Shown one piece after another: positions 49,600 through 59,149 of a stretch of DNA of 64,000 nucleotides. The notes under the pieces were generated by a model, which saw only the letters and a list, made by a program, of their open reading frames with translations, was not told the DNA's origin and did no database searches. Source of the DNA: an uncultured Rhizobium sp. (GTDB taxonomy: Bacteria > Pseudomonadota > Alphaproteobacteria > Rickettsiales > UBA1997); the NCBI GenBank assembly GCA_964537735.1, contig CAZICL010000003.1, forward strand, positions 61,195-125,194, written 5' to 3'. Position 1 is the first letter of the stretch; each line of letters opens with the position of its first letter. The position numbers and the translations under genes were made by a program.

Positions 49600-50394
49600 C
49601 TAAAAATGCTGTAAAACTCTGCTACCTTTTCCAACTTCTAGGTTTCTTAAAACCGAACAATAAACATATTGATTGGCATTTCTAACCGCTTGCACCAAAT
49701 CTTGCCCTTTTGCCAAATTACAGGCCAGCGCCGCGGCAAGAGTACATCCAGTTCCATGCAAACTTTCAGTTTTAACCTTGTTGTTGCTGATTTGATGAAT
49801 TTGATCTTCCTCATCAAGCAAAATTGAGTGAATCTTTCCATCAGAAAAATTCAAATGACCACCTTTTAATAAAACATTTTTTGCACCCAAAGACTTTATT
49901 TTGAAGGCTGCAATCTCCATATCAGACAAATTTGCAATTTTCATTTCGGCTAAAATTTCTGCCTCATCAATATTTGGCGTTACCACATAAGCACCATTAA
50001 CCAGCTTTGATTTCAAAGCCATCACGGCATTTTCTTTTAATAATAAATCACCCGAAGTTGCCACCATCACCGTATCTAACACCACAGGGATTTCTTGAGC
50101 TTCTTTCTGCAAAATATCAGCCACACAGTCAACAATTTCAACACTTCCCAGCATGCCAATTTTTATCACATCAATCTTAATATCCTCCAAAACCGCCGTG
50201 ATTTGCTGACGTAAAAAATCAATCGGAGATTCGTGAACGGCAAAAACTCTCTGGGTATTTTGCGCCGTCAAACAAGTGATCGCCGCTGCCGCATAAACCT
50301 TATGGGCCGTCGCTGTTTTAATATCGGCCTGAATTCCGGCCCCTCCCGAAGGATCAGAACCGGCAATAATGAGAATTTTTGGATTAGATTGCAT
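49600..50394 (-). CDS. thiD: hydroxymethylpyrimidine/phosphomethylpyrimidine kinase
   Basis: IAGSDPSGGAGIQADIKT, LLKGGH, HGTGCTLAAALA. Confidence 0.9.
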   Translation of the reverse strand: MQSNPKILIIAGSDPSGGAGIQADIKTATAHKVYAAAAITCLTAQNTQRVFAVHESPIDFLRQQITAVLEDIKIDVIKIGMLGSVEIVDCVADILQKEAQEIPVVLDTVMVATSGDLLLKENAVMALKSKLVNGAYVVTPNIDEAEILAEMKIANLSDMEIAAFKIKSLGAKNVLLKGGHLNFSDGKIHSILLDEEDQIHQISNNKVKTESLHGTGCTLAAALACNLAKGQDLVQAVRNANQYVYCSVLRNLEVGKGSRVLQHF

Positions 50395-51751
50395 AAACTG
50401 TTTTTCCAGCCACCACAGTTCTTACTGCGCGACCTTTTACTTTAAATCCGTCGAAAGGTGAATTTTTTGATTTTGAGTACAATTTTTGTGAATCGATCAA
50501 CCATTCCGCATCAAGATCAATTAGCACCAAATCAGCACGAGCGCCTTTGGCAATAACACCGCCATCGAAGTTAATTATTTCTGCCGCGTTGCAAGTCATT
50601 TTAGCTAGCAAGTCTTTCAAACTTAAAACACCTTGATGATAAAGCGCTAAAGACAGTGGCAACATAGTCTCGACGCCAACAATTCCAAATGAAGCCTCTT
50701 CCAAAGTTTTTTCTTTCGATGGCAAATCATGTGGCGCATGATCGGTTGCAATAGCGTCAATTAAACCACTGCGCAAACCTTCAATCAAAGCCAAACGATC
50801 CGCTTCTGATCGAAGTGGAGGATTCATTTTAGCATTAGTTCCTGATTTCAAAACTTGTGCATCAATCAAAGTAAAATGATGCGGCGATACTTCTACCGTG
50901 GCTTTCAAGCCTTTTTCTTTAGCACGTTTAATCGCTTCCAAAGCTTCACGAGTTGAAACATGTAGCAAGTGATAACGCCCGCCCGTGCTTTCAAGAATGG
51001 CCAAATCACGCTCTACAATCACACTTTCAGAAATATTTGGAATGCCACGCACACCAAGTTCAAGTGACACTTTTCCTTCGTTAATACATCCTTTATTAGT
51101 CAGATTTAAATCTTCGGCATGTTGTGCAATAACCACATCAAGATTGCGCGAATATTCAAAAGCTCGACGCATCACGTTAGCATTCATTACCGGCAAACCA
51201 TCATCAGTGAAACCAACGGCTCCGGCCTCTTTCAGCGAATGCATATCAGCCAACTCTTCACCTTTCATGCCTTTAGTAATGCAGCCGTAAGCTTTAACAT
51301 TACAATGTGCAACTTCTCGCGATTTAAGACGTAAATAATCAAAAGTTAAAACTGAATCAAGAGTTGGTGCAGTATTGGGCTGACAAACAACAGTTGTAAT
51401 GCCACCAGCAACTGCCGATTTTGAACCGCTGGCCAAATCTTCTTTGTGCGATTGTCCAGGATCACGAAAATGCACCTGAATATCAATCAAACCAGGAGCC
51501 AAAACATGACCTTTACAGTCAATAATTTCAGCATCTGCTGCCAAAACTTCGGCACCGAAATCAACAATTTTATCAGCGACCGTCAATAAATTTCCCACCT
51601 TGTCATAAGCTGACTTGGGGTCAATAATACGAGCATTTTTATAAAGAATTTTTTTGTCGGCGGCAATTTCTGGCAGATAAGGTAGATCGAATTTCGGCAT
51701 AAATTTGAGATGAAATATTTTTATAGGATTTGTTTTGATGCTGGCATTCAA
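50384..51751 (-). CDS. pyrC: dihydroorotase (amidohydrolase superfamily)
   Basis: LIDIQVHFRDPG (HxH), HAED, HLLHVST, ATDHAPH. The start is either ATG 51751 or internal ATG 51700 (MPKFDL...). Confidence 0.85.
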   Translation of the reverse strand: MNASIKTNPIKIFHLKFMPKFDLPYLPEIAADKKILYKNARIIDPKSAYDKVGNLLTVADKIVDFGAEVLAADAEIIDCKGHVLAPGLIDIQVHFRDPGQSHKEDLASGSKSAVAGGITTVVCQPNTAPTLDSVLTFDYLRLKSREVAHCNVKAYGCITKGMKGEELADMHSLKEAGAVGFTDDGLPVMNANVMRRAFEYSRNLDVVIAQHAEDLNLTNKGCINEGKVSLELGVRGIPNISESVIVERDLAILESTGGRYHLLHVSTREALEAIKRAKEKGLKATVEVSPHHFTLIDAQVLKSGTNAKMNPPLRSEADRLALIEGLRSGLIDAIATDHAPHDLPSKEKTLEEASFGIVGVETMLPLSLALYHQGVLSLKDLLAKMTCNAAEIINFDGGVIAKGARADLVLIDLDAEWLIDSQKLYSKSKNSPFDGFKVKGRAVRTVVAGKTVYAI

Positions 51752-51790
51752 AACAAATTTGGCAAAAGTTTTTTACACCTAAAGCACTCT

Positions 51791-53053
51791 TTATTTTTTT
51801 AACTCTGACTTAATTTTATCAAATCCGACAATGCCGGAAACTTTACCAATTGCTGCAAATGTTGGCTTTGATCCGCTAAAAATTTCTTCAGCCATTTTTA
51901 CCACATCAGATTTTTTTACGGCCAAAACCTGATTCATAATTTCTTTATCCAGAATCAAACGGTTAAACGATAAAATATCACCGCCGAGTTTTTGCATACG
52001 TGTACTGGTGCTTTCTTTAGACATCAACAAGCTTGCCTCAAACTGATTGCGCACTCTTTTTAATTCAGCATCGGAAACTTTTTCGCAGATCTTTTTTATC
52101 TCGCCACAAGTTGCACTAATAAGCTCGTTGGTCTTCTCCGGCGTGGTTCCAGCATAAATACCAAACAACCCGGAATCAAAATGCGAATAGTTAAAAGCAT
52201 AAACTGAATAAGCCAAACCGCGGTTTTCACGCACTTCTTGGAATAAACGCGATGACATGCCACCTCCCAAAACCATAGCCAAAATCTGTGCTGTGTAATA
52301 ATCTGAGTCGTTGTAGGACTTGCCTTTGAAGCCCATTACCAAGTTAATCTGCTCCAATTTTTTTTCTTTACGAAAATCGCCACTAATATATTTTGCTCGC
52401 TGCGGAAGTTTGATTTTACTATCTCCAAGCTGGTTAAAATATTTCTTCGACCATTTTACCAAATCACTTTGTTTAATATTGCCGGCAGCAACTACACACA
52501 TATTTTGGTAGTTATATTGCTTACCAATATAATCGACAAAATGCTGACGCGAGAATTTCTTAATATTTTTTATTGGCCCTAAAATTGAACGCCCCAGTGC
52601 CTGATCTGCATAAGCCGCCTCTTGAAAATAATCGAAAACAATATCGTCAGGAGTATCGTTAGTCATGGCAATTTCTTGCAAAATCACGCCGCGTTCTTTT
52701 TCCAATTCAACCTTGTCAAAAGTGGAATTTTGCAAAATATCGGCCAGAAATTCGACGGCAAATTCAGCATGTTTTTTCAACACCTTGGCGTAATAAACCG
52801 TTTTTTCTTTAGAAGTATAAGCATTGATACGACCGCCAATTCCTTCAAATTCTTCAGCAATTTGACGTGCTGATCTTTTAGCGGTGCCTTTAAAGGCCAT
52901 ATGCTCAAGGAAGTGTGAAATACCATTAATTTCAGGAGTTTCGTTGCGACTTCCAGTATTGACAAACACACCAACTGAAACCGTTTCAACATCTTTCATT
53001 TCATCAACCCCAACACGCAAACCGTTAGGTAAAGTAATTATTTCTTTGGTCAT
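51791..53053 (-). CDS. M16-family zinc peptidase (mitochondrial processing peptidase-like)
   Basis: Inverted zinc motif HFLEHMAFKGT, downstream E in REVILQEI-like VILQEI. 420 aa. Confidence 0.85.
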   Translation of the reverse strand: MTKEIITLPNGLRVGVDEMKDVETVSVGVFVNTGSRNETPEINGISHFLEHMAFKGTAKRSARQIAEEFEGIGGRINAYTSKEKTVYYAKVLKKHAEFAVEFLADILQNSTFDKVELEKERGVILQEIAMTNDTPDDIVFDYFQEAAYADQALGRSILGPIKNIKKFSRQHFVDYIGKQYNYQNMCVVAAGNIKQSDLVKWSKKYFNQLGDSKIKLPQRAKYISGDFRKEKKLEQINLVMGFKGKSYNDSDYYTAQILAMVLGGGMSSRLFQEVRENRGLAYSVYAFNYSHFDSGLFGIYAGTTPEKTNELISATCGEIKKICEKVSDAELKRVRNQFEASLLMSKESTSTRMQKLGGDILSFNRLILDKEIMNQVLAVKKSDVVKMAEEIFSGSKPTFAAIGKVSGIVGFDKIKSELKK

Positions 53054-53167
53054 TTAGCATTTAAGATTTAGCATTTAACATTTGGAAAATCTGAGTTGTC
53101 GGCTTCATTTCCAAGCCAATTTCACGATTAATCAAATGTTAAATGCTAAATGTTAAATGCTAAATGA
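53051..53167. promoter_or_regulatory. mirror-image (YTAAATG)n heptamer arrays bracketing a divergent intergenic region
   Basis: 53051-53083 CATTTAGCATTTAAGATTTAGCATTTAACATTT is the reverse complement of 53135-53167 AAATGTTAAATGCTAAATGTTAAATGCTAAATG with one mismatch. The outermost CAT/ATG are the start codons of the two flanking genes. Confidence 0.8.
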
Positions 53168-54978
53168 AATCTTCCCCGATTCTGTCAATTCGTGAAGCAA
53201 CAATTTCCTTCGCTAAGAAAATCCTCTTTGAAAATCTGCATCTTAATATTTTTCCCCGCGACCGTATTTGCTTAATCGGCAAAAACGGCGTCGGCAAAAC
53301 CACTTTGATGAATGCAATTGTTGGAAAATTTGAGATGGATCATGGCGAGCATTGGATGATGCCTGGTACTGTGATTGGCTATTTATCACAAAGCGAATTT
53401 TTGCCACCAAACCTGACGGTTTTTGATTTCATCATGACTGGTTTAAAAATTGACGAGCATAAATCTTACGTCATCGATATTGTCTGCGACCATTTACAAA
53501 TTGACCGCAACGCCCTCACCCACAATCTTTCCGGCGGCCAGAAACGCCGCGTCAATCTTGCCCGTGCTTTGGTTTTAGAACCCGATATTTTATTACTTGA
53601 TGAACCAACCAACCATCTTGATTTAGAAATTATTGAATGGTTGGAAAATTATTTACAATCCTTCCAAGGCTCTGTGATTGTGATTTCACACGATCGCAAA
53701 TTTCTCGAAAAAGTTTCTAACAAAGTTTTTTGGCTGCGCATGGGCCAGATTAAAATTAATCTTGATGGTTATAAAAACTTCGATGAATGGTCGCAAAACA
53801 TCATTGAACATGAACAGCGTGAAATGGAAAATTTACAGAAAAAAGTAACCTTGGAGAGTGGTTGGTTGCAGACTGGCGTAACTGGAAGACGCAAAAGAAA
53901 TATTGGTCGTTTGCATTATTTACAAGAGTTGCGACAAAAACTTGAGGCCCAAAAAAAACTGGTGCGCACCAATCAAAGCTACATCAAAATTCAGTCACAA
54001 AAAATTGAAGAAGATGCGCCGCAAGTGATTCTAAGCTTCAATAATGTTAGCAAAGGTTATGGCGAAAAGAAATTAATCGAAAAATTTTCACTTAAAATTT
54101 TGCGCGGTGAGCGCATCGGCATTATCGGCAAAAACGGTTCGGGAAAATCGACACTTTTAAAAATGATGGTTGGTGAAGTTACGCCCGATCAAGGCACAGT
54201 AAAACCAGCGCGCGACATCCATCTATCTTACTTCGATCAAGTACGCAGCAAAATCAAAGCTGGATCAACAATTCAGGATATTCTCTGCGAAACTGGCGGT
54301 GAATATGTAAATTTAGCCGGCGGCAAAACTGTGCATATTTGCGGTTATATGAAGAATTTTTTGTTTGATCCAAATGATCGTGAAGCTTTGGCTGGCACGC
54401 TTTCCGGCGGTCAACAAAATCGTTTACTTTTGGCAAAAACTTTAGCCAATCCCGGAAATTTTATGATTTTGGACGAACCAACAAATGACCTGGATATGGA
54501 TACGCTCGACATGTTGCAGGAATATTTAGAAAAGTATGAAGGCACGCTGATTATTGTGTCGCACGATCGCGATTTTCTGGATAATGTCGCAACTTCAATT
54601 TTAGCCTTTGAAGGAGATGGTGTGATTACTAATCATATTGGCGGCTATTCTGATTATTTGGCTTATTGTGAGAAACAGGGAAAATCAGTTGCTGCTAGTT
54701 TGAAGAATGGCCCCAATCTGAGAACAGCATTACAAATTTCTCCTCCCCAAAAAGAGGAGAAGAAATTTCTCTACAAACACCGTATCGAACTTGAAAAGCT
54801 GCCCGCCAAAATTGAAAAGCTGGAAAATAAAATCCGTGAATTAAGTGAAGAGTTAAGTGAAACAGATGATCGCAGCAGCGCAAATCTAGCACATATCGCC
54901 ATCGAAATTGCCAAACATCAAAAAGAATTGGATGAAGCTGAAAGCAGATGGCTTGAGCTGGAAGAGTTAAAATCCTAG
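53164..54978 (+). CDS. uup: ABC-F family ATPase (Uup-like, two ABC domains plus C-terminal coiled coil)
   Basis: Two Walker A sites (GKNGVGKTT, GKNGSGKST), two signature motifs (LSGGQKRR, LSGGQQNR), Walker B LLLDEPTNHLD / ILDEPTNDLD. No TM domain. Confidence 0.9.
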   Translation: MKSSPILSIREATISFAKKILFENLHLNIFPRDRICLIGKNGVGKTTLMNAIVGKFEMDHGEHWMMPGTVIGYLSQSEFLPPNLTVFDFIMTGLKIDEHKSYVIDIVCDHLQIDRNALTHNLSGGQKRRVNLARALVLEPDILLLDEPTNHLDLEIIEWLENYLQSFQGSVIVISHDRKFLEKVSNKVFWLRMGQIKINLDGYKNFDEWSQNIIEHEQREMENLQKKVTLESGWLQTGVTGRRKRNIGRLHYLQELRQKLEAQKKLVRTNQSYIKIQSQKIEEDAPQVILSFNNVSKGYGEKKLIEKFSLKILRGERIGIIGKNGSGKSTLLKMMVGEVTPDQGTVKPARDIHLSYFDQVRSKIKAGSTIQDILCETGGEYVNLAGGKTVHICGYMKNFLFDPNDREALAGTLSGGQQNRLLLAKTLANPGNFMILDEPTNDLDMDTLDMLQEYLEKYEGTLIIVSHDRDFLDNVATSILAFEGDGVITNHIGGYSDYLAYCEKQGKSVAASLKNGPNLRTALQISPPQKEEKKFLYKHRIELEKLPAKIEKLENKIRELSEELSETDDRSSANLAHIAIEIAKHQKELDEAESRWLELEELKS

Positions 54979-55089
54979 AATCAGCTGCATTTTAATTTCT
55001 ATTTTACAAAAACTTCTTGCGACTAAAGTCTCAGATGGTGATTTTAGAGGACAGTTTTGTTCAATTTTCAAACCAATTAAAAATCAAAA

Positions 55090-55731
55090 ATGTCCACTAT
55101 CGGAAAACTTATCAGCGGTTTCAGGGTTTTTAAAGCAACCACTTACCAACAAAAAAAAGATGTAATTCAACATTTAGTAAGACAGGGACAGAAACCTACA
55201 ACCATGGTTATTTCCTGTACTGATATTAGGCTGGCCCCAGCAGAAATTTTTGCCTCCAATCCAGGTGAACTTTACATCGTCAATAATATTGGCGGTTTAG
55301 TTCCTAAATATAGTTCTAAAGGTATTCATGGTATTCTATCTGCCATTGAACATGCCGTAACTGTGTTGCAGGTAGAAAATATTGTGATCTTGAGCCACGC
55401 CAAATGCGATGGTATTAGAATGATGATGTCGGATGAATTCACTGCTAAAAATAGCAAACTTTCTGAATCAATGATCACCTGGCTTTCAGTTGCATCAGAA
55501 GCGCGCGACGCCGTAAAAAAACAAATGTCAAATTGCAGTGCCGAAGAACAACAAACAGCTTGCGAGCATGAATCTCTCATAGTTTCAATCCGCAACCTTG
55601 TTGAATATCCCTATGTCGCTAAACGCATGAAAGAAAATAAACTCAATATTTTTGGCTGGCATTTTGACATTGAGAGCGGCGAAGTGATGGCTTTCAATCC
55701 TGATACAAAATTCTTCGAACCGATCATCTAA
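55090..55731 (+). CDS. beta-class carbonic anhydrase
   Basis: Zinc ligand motifs SCTDIR (CxDxR) and HAKCDG (HxxC). 213 aa. Confidence 0.8.
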   Translation: MSTIGKLISGFRVFKATTYQQKKDVIQHLVRQGQKPTTMVISCTDIRLAPAEIFASNPGELYIVNNIGGLVPKYSSKGIHGILSAIEHAVTVLQVENIVILSHAKCDGIRMMMSDEFTAKNSKLSESMITWLSVASEARDAVKKQMSNCSAEEQQTACEHESLIVSIRNLVEYPYVAKRMKENKLNIFGWHFDIESGEVMAFNPDTKFFEPII

Positions 55732-56100
55732 TCAGCGCACTGCAGAACAAGGCAGATAAGGCTGCAACATCATAAAATCGTTGGGCTTAAAAGGGTAAAG
55801 ATCATTGTCTTTATCCTTTTTTGAGCATGTTCCTTCCACCGCAAAAAGCTTAGAACCCTTGTCAAAAAAGAAGCAGATTTGCTCATCAATCAATCTTTGT
55901 GCTGCCTTAAAATCACCGCTATTGTAATATTTCTCTTCCTCACGAAATTTATCTTTCGACAAGCATCCAACCGCACCGTGCGGCGCGGTGATTACATATT
56001 CCACTTGTGCTTTTTCACTATCATTCAACCCGATCGCAATATTAATCATCTTAGCGATGGTAAAAGATGCGATGGTTAAAACCATTATTCGAAGCAACAT
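55732..56100 (-). CDS. small exported Cys-containing hypothetical protein
   Basis: 122 aa with a hydrophobic N-terminus MLLRIMVLTIASFTIA and four Cys in the mature part. No family recognised. Confidence 0.5.
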   Translation of the reverse strand: MLLRIMVLTIASFTIAKMINIAIGLNDSEKAQVEYVITAPHGAVGCLSKDKFREEEKYYNSGDFKAAQRLIDEQICFFFDKGSKLFAVEGTCSKKDKDNDLYPFKPNDFMMLQPYLPCSAVR

Positions 56101-56112
56101 TTCAGACTAAAT

Positions 56113-56448
56113 TTAGGAAAATTTTTTACCAAAAAATCTGCCGCTATAATAACAGAGAATAGTAGCTATTCCGAGGGCGAAAAAAATAACGCTATAAATT
56201 TTGAAGGAATCTTCCAGAGCAAAAAATTCAGCAACCATCCAAATTGAGTTGGCAACAATCCAAAAAATAATCGCTAAATTGTGAAATAATTCCGATTTGA
56301 TGTGACGCATTTTATAAGTGATGTAAATGGCAAAACCAAGAGTTGGAATAATCATAAACACACCAAAGGCCCGCCAACTCATCATCCAACTTAAATCTTT
56401 GAACAACCACAAAATGATGTGGAGATTCTCATATTTCCTGATGGGCAT
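56113..56448 (-). CDS. small integral membrane hypothetical protein
   Basis: 111 aa with 3-4 hydrophobic segments rich in Trp/Phe. Lies 37 nt downstream of ppdK on the same strand. Confidence 0.5.
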   Translation of the reverse strand: MPIRKYENLHIILWLFKDLSWMMSWRAFGVFMIIPTLGFAIYITYKMRHIKSELFHNLAIIFWIVANSIWMVAEFFALEDSFKIYSVIFFALGIATILCYYSGRFFGKKFS

Positions 56449-56485
56449 ATTTCAAAATGGTTGGTGGGCTTTTTTATTTTAAATC

Positions 56486-59149
56486 CTACTGCAAAGCAGC
56501 ACGAGCTGCAGCAAGTCTGGCAATTGGAACGCGATAAGGCGAACAAGAAACATAATTCAAACCAGTGCGATGACAAAACTCAATTGATGCCGGATTACCG
56601 CCATGTTCACCACAAATACCAAGCTTAATATCTTGGCGTGTAGCTCTGCCTTTTTCGGCAGCAATTTTAATCAATTGACCAACACCTTCTTGATCCAATT
56701 CTGCGAAAGGATCTTTTTCCAAAATTCCAGCTTTTTGGTAATGTCCCAAGAAGCTTGCTGAATCATCACGCGATAAACCAAAAGTTGTTTGAGTTAAATC
56801 GTTAGTACCAAAGCTAAAAAACTCTGCTTCTTGAGCAATTTGATCAGCCAATAAAGCAGCGCGTGGCAATTCTATCATTGTGCCAACCAGATAGTTCAAC
56901 TTCACACCCGATTCTTTTTCGACATCTTTTTGCGTTGCCACCATCAAATCTTTCAAGATTTGTAATTCTTTTTTGGTTGCCACCAACGGAATCATAATTT
57001 CTAAAAGCACTTCCTCACCAGTGCCTTTTTTAACGATTGTTGCTGCTTCAAAAATTGCCCGTGCCTGCATTTCATAGATTTCTGGATAAGAAATTCCCAG
57101 ACGGCAACCACGATGACCCAACATCGGATTTTGTTCCTGAAGTTGATGCGTTCTGTGTTTGACGTAAGAAACATCAACGCCAACCGCTTTTGCCACTTCA
57201 GCAACTTCACTTTCTTTATGCGGTAAAAACTCGTGTAAAGGTGGATCAAGCAAACGGATTGTAACCGGCAAACCAGCCATAATTTTAAAAATTTCAACAA
57301 AATCACGACGCTGCATCGGTAATAATTTTGCCAAAGCTTTTTTACGACCCTCAACCTCTTCAGCCAAAATCATTTCACGCACCGCAACAATACGATCTTC
57401 GCTGAAAAACATATGTTCCGTACGACACAAACCAATTCCTTCAGCACCAAAGTCGCGCGCAGTTTGACAATCAAGCGGAGTTTCAGCATTGGTGCGTACT
57501 TTCAAGACACGAACTTCATCAGCCCATTTCATGATTGTTTCAAAATCACCGGATAAATTTGGTTTTAAAGTTGGCACTAAACCCAGAATAACATCACCGT
57601 TTGAACCGTTAATGGTAATGGTTTCACCTTCTTTCACTTGCACACCATTAGCAGTAAAAAACTGATTTTGATGATCAACATGAAGACCTCCAGCACCAGA
57701 AACACAAGGTGTCCCCATGCCACGAGCCACAACAGCAGCATGTGAAGTCATACCGCCACGAGCTGTCAAAATACCTTGTGAAACATGCATACCTTTAATG
57801 TCTTCCGGGCTGGTTTCAACACGCACTAATATTACTTTGTCGCCATTTTCAAAACGTCTTTCAGCTTCAGCAGAAGAAAATACCACAATACCTGAAGCAG
57901 CGCCAGGAGATGCCGGAAGACCTTTAGCAATAATTTTTACCTTAGCTTTTGGATCAAGAGTTGGATGCAAAAGCTGATCTAAACTGGCCGGATCAATACG
58001 TTTCAAAGCTTCTTTTTTATCAATCAAACCTTCATGCACCATATCAACAGCAATCTTCACCGCTGCATGTGCCGTACGTTTGCCATTTCTGGTTTGCAAC
58101 ATCCATAATTTTTTATTCTGCACTGTAAATTCAATGTCTTGCATATCGCGATAATGCAGCTCAAGTGTTTTATAAATCTCAACCAATTCCACAAACACAT
58201 CTGGCATAGTCTCTTCCATTGACGGCAAAGTTGAACCCAACTGTTTTTTTCCAGAATTAGTGATTGATTGCGGAGTGCGAATTCCGGCAACAACGTCTTC
58301 GCCCTGGGCATTGATCAAATATTCGCCATATAATTCTTTGACACCGGTTGAAGGGTTGCGTGTGAAAGCAACGCCAGTTGCAGAAGTGTCACCCATATTG
58401 CCAAATACCATGGATTGTACATTTACAGCAGTTCCCCAAGAAGCTGGAATATCGTTAAGTTGACGATAAATAGTGGCACGTTCATTCATCCAAGAGGCAA
58501 ATACCGCTTCAACTGCGCCCCATAACTGTTCATTAACATCTTGCGGAAATTCACGACCCAATTCTTCTTTTACTTTTTCTTTGAACAATGTGGCAATTTC
58601 TTCCAGATTTTCTGCGCTTAAATCAGTATCTGCAGAAGCTCCAAATTCGTGCTTTTTCTCATCCAAAATCACTTCAAAATTATAGTGATCAACACCCAAA
58701 ACAACATCAGAATACATTTGAATGAAGCGACGATAAGAGTCGAAAGCAAATCTTTTATTACCCGATTTTTCTGCCAAACCCAGAACAGTTTTATCATTTA
58801 AACCAAGATTTAAAACCGTATCCATCATCCCAGGCATTGATGCTCTTGCACCCGAGCGCACTGAAAATAATAATGGATTTTTTTCATCACCAAATTTTGC
58901 ACCGATTTTTTCTTCGATTTGAGCAAGAGCCACAGCAACTTCTTGTTTTAAAGCGTCTGGAAATTTCTTAGCGTTTTTGTAATAAAAATCGCAAAATTCA
59001 GTTGTGATGGTAAATCCTGGAGGAACTGGCAAACCCATTTTAGACATTTCAGCCAAGTTAGCACCCTTACCTCCTAAAAGATTTTTCATCGAAGCATCAC
59101 CTTCTGATTTACCGTCTCCGAAAGAATAAACGAATTTTTGCGCTGTCAT
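56486..59149 (-). CDS. ppdK: pyruvate, phosphate dikinase
   Basis: 887 aa. GGKGANLAEM, phosphohistidine segment GGMTSHAAVVARG, PEP-utilising C-terminus GICGEHGG. Confidence 0.95.
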   Translation of the reverse strand: MTAQKFVYSFGDGKSEGDASMKNLLGGKGANLAEMSKMGLPVPPGFTITTEFCDFYYKNAKKFPDALKQEVAVALAQIEEKIGAKFGDEKNPLLFSVRSGARASMPGMMDTVLNLGLNDKTVLGLAEKSGNKRFAFDSYRRFIQMYSDVVLGVDHYNFEVILDEKKHEFGASADTDLSAENLEEIATLFKEKVKEELGREFPQDVNEQLWGAVEAVFASWMNERATIYRQLNDIPASWGTAVNVQSMVFGNMGDTSATGVAFTRNPSTGVKELYGEYLINAQGEDVVAGIRTPQSITNSGKKQLGSTLPSMEETMPDVFVELVEIYKTLELHYRDMQDIEFTVQNKKLWMLQTRNGKRTAHAAVKIAVDMVHEGLIDKKEALKRIDPASLDQLLHPTLDPKAKVKIIAKGLPASPGAASGIVVFSSAEAERRFENGDKVILVRVETSPEDIKGMHVSQGILTARGGMTSHAAVVARGMGTPCVSGAGGLHVDHQNQFFTANGVQVKEGETITINGSNGDVILGLVPTLKPNLSGDFETIMKWADEVRVLKVRTNAETPLDCQTARDFGAEGIGLCRTEHMFFSEDRIVAVREMILAEEVEGRKKALAKLLPMQRRDFVEIFKIMAGLPVTIRLLDPPLHEFLPHKESEVAEVAKAVGVDVSYVKHRTHQLQEQNPMLGHRGCRLGISYPEIYEMQARAIFEAATIVKKGTGEEVLLEIMIPLVATKKELQILKDLMVATQKDVEKESGVKLNYLVGTMIELPRAALLADQIAQEAEFFSFGTNDLTQTTFGLSRDDSASFLGHYQKAGILEKDPFAELDQEGVGQLIKIAAEKGRATRQDIKLGICGEHGGNPASIEFCHRTGLNYVSCSPYRVPIARLAAARAALQ

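Noticed and set aside
53135-53167. CtrA boxes (TTAA-N7-TTAA) in the heptamer arrays.
   Set aside because: TTAA half-sites recur with a 14-nt (2 x 7) period, not the 11-nt start-to-start spacing of the CtrA consensus.
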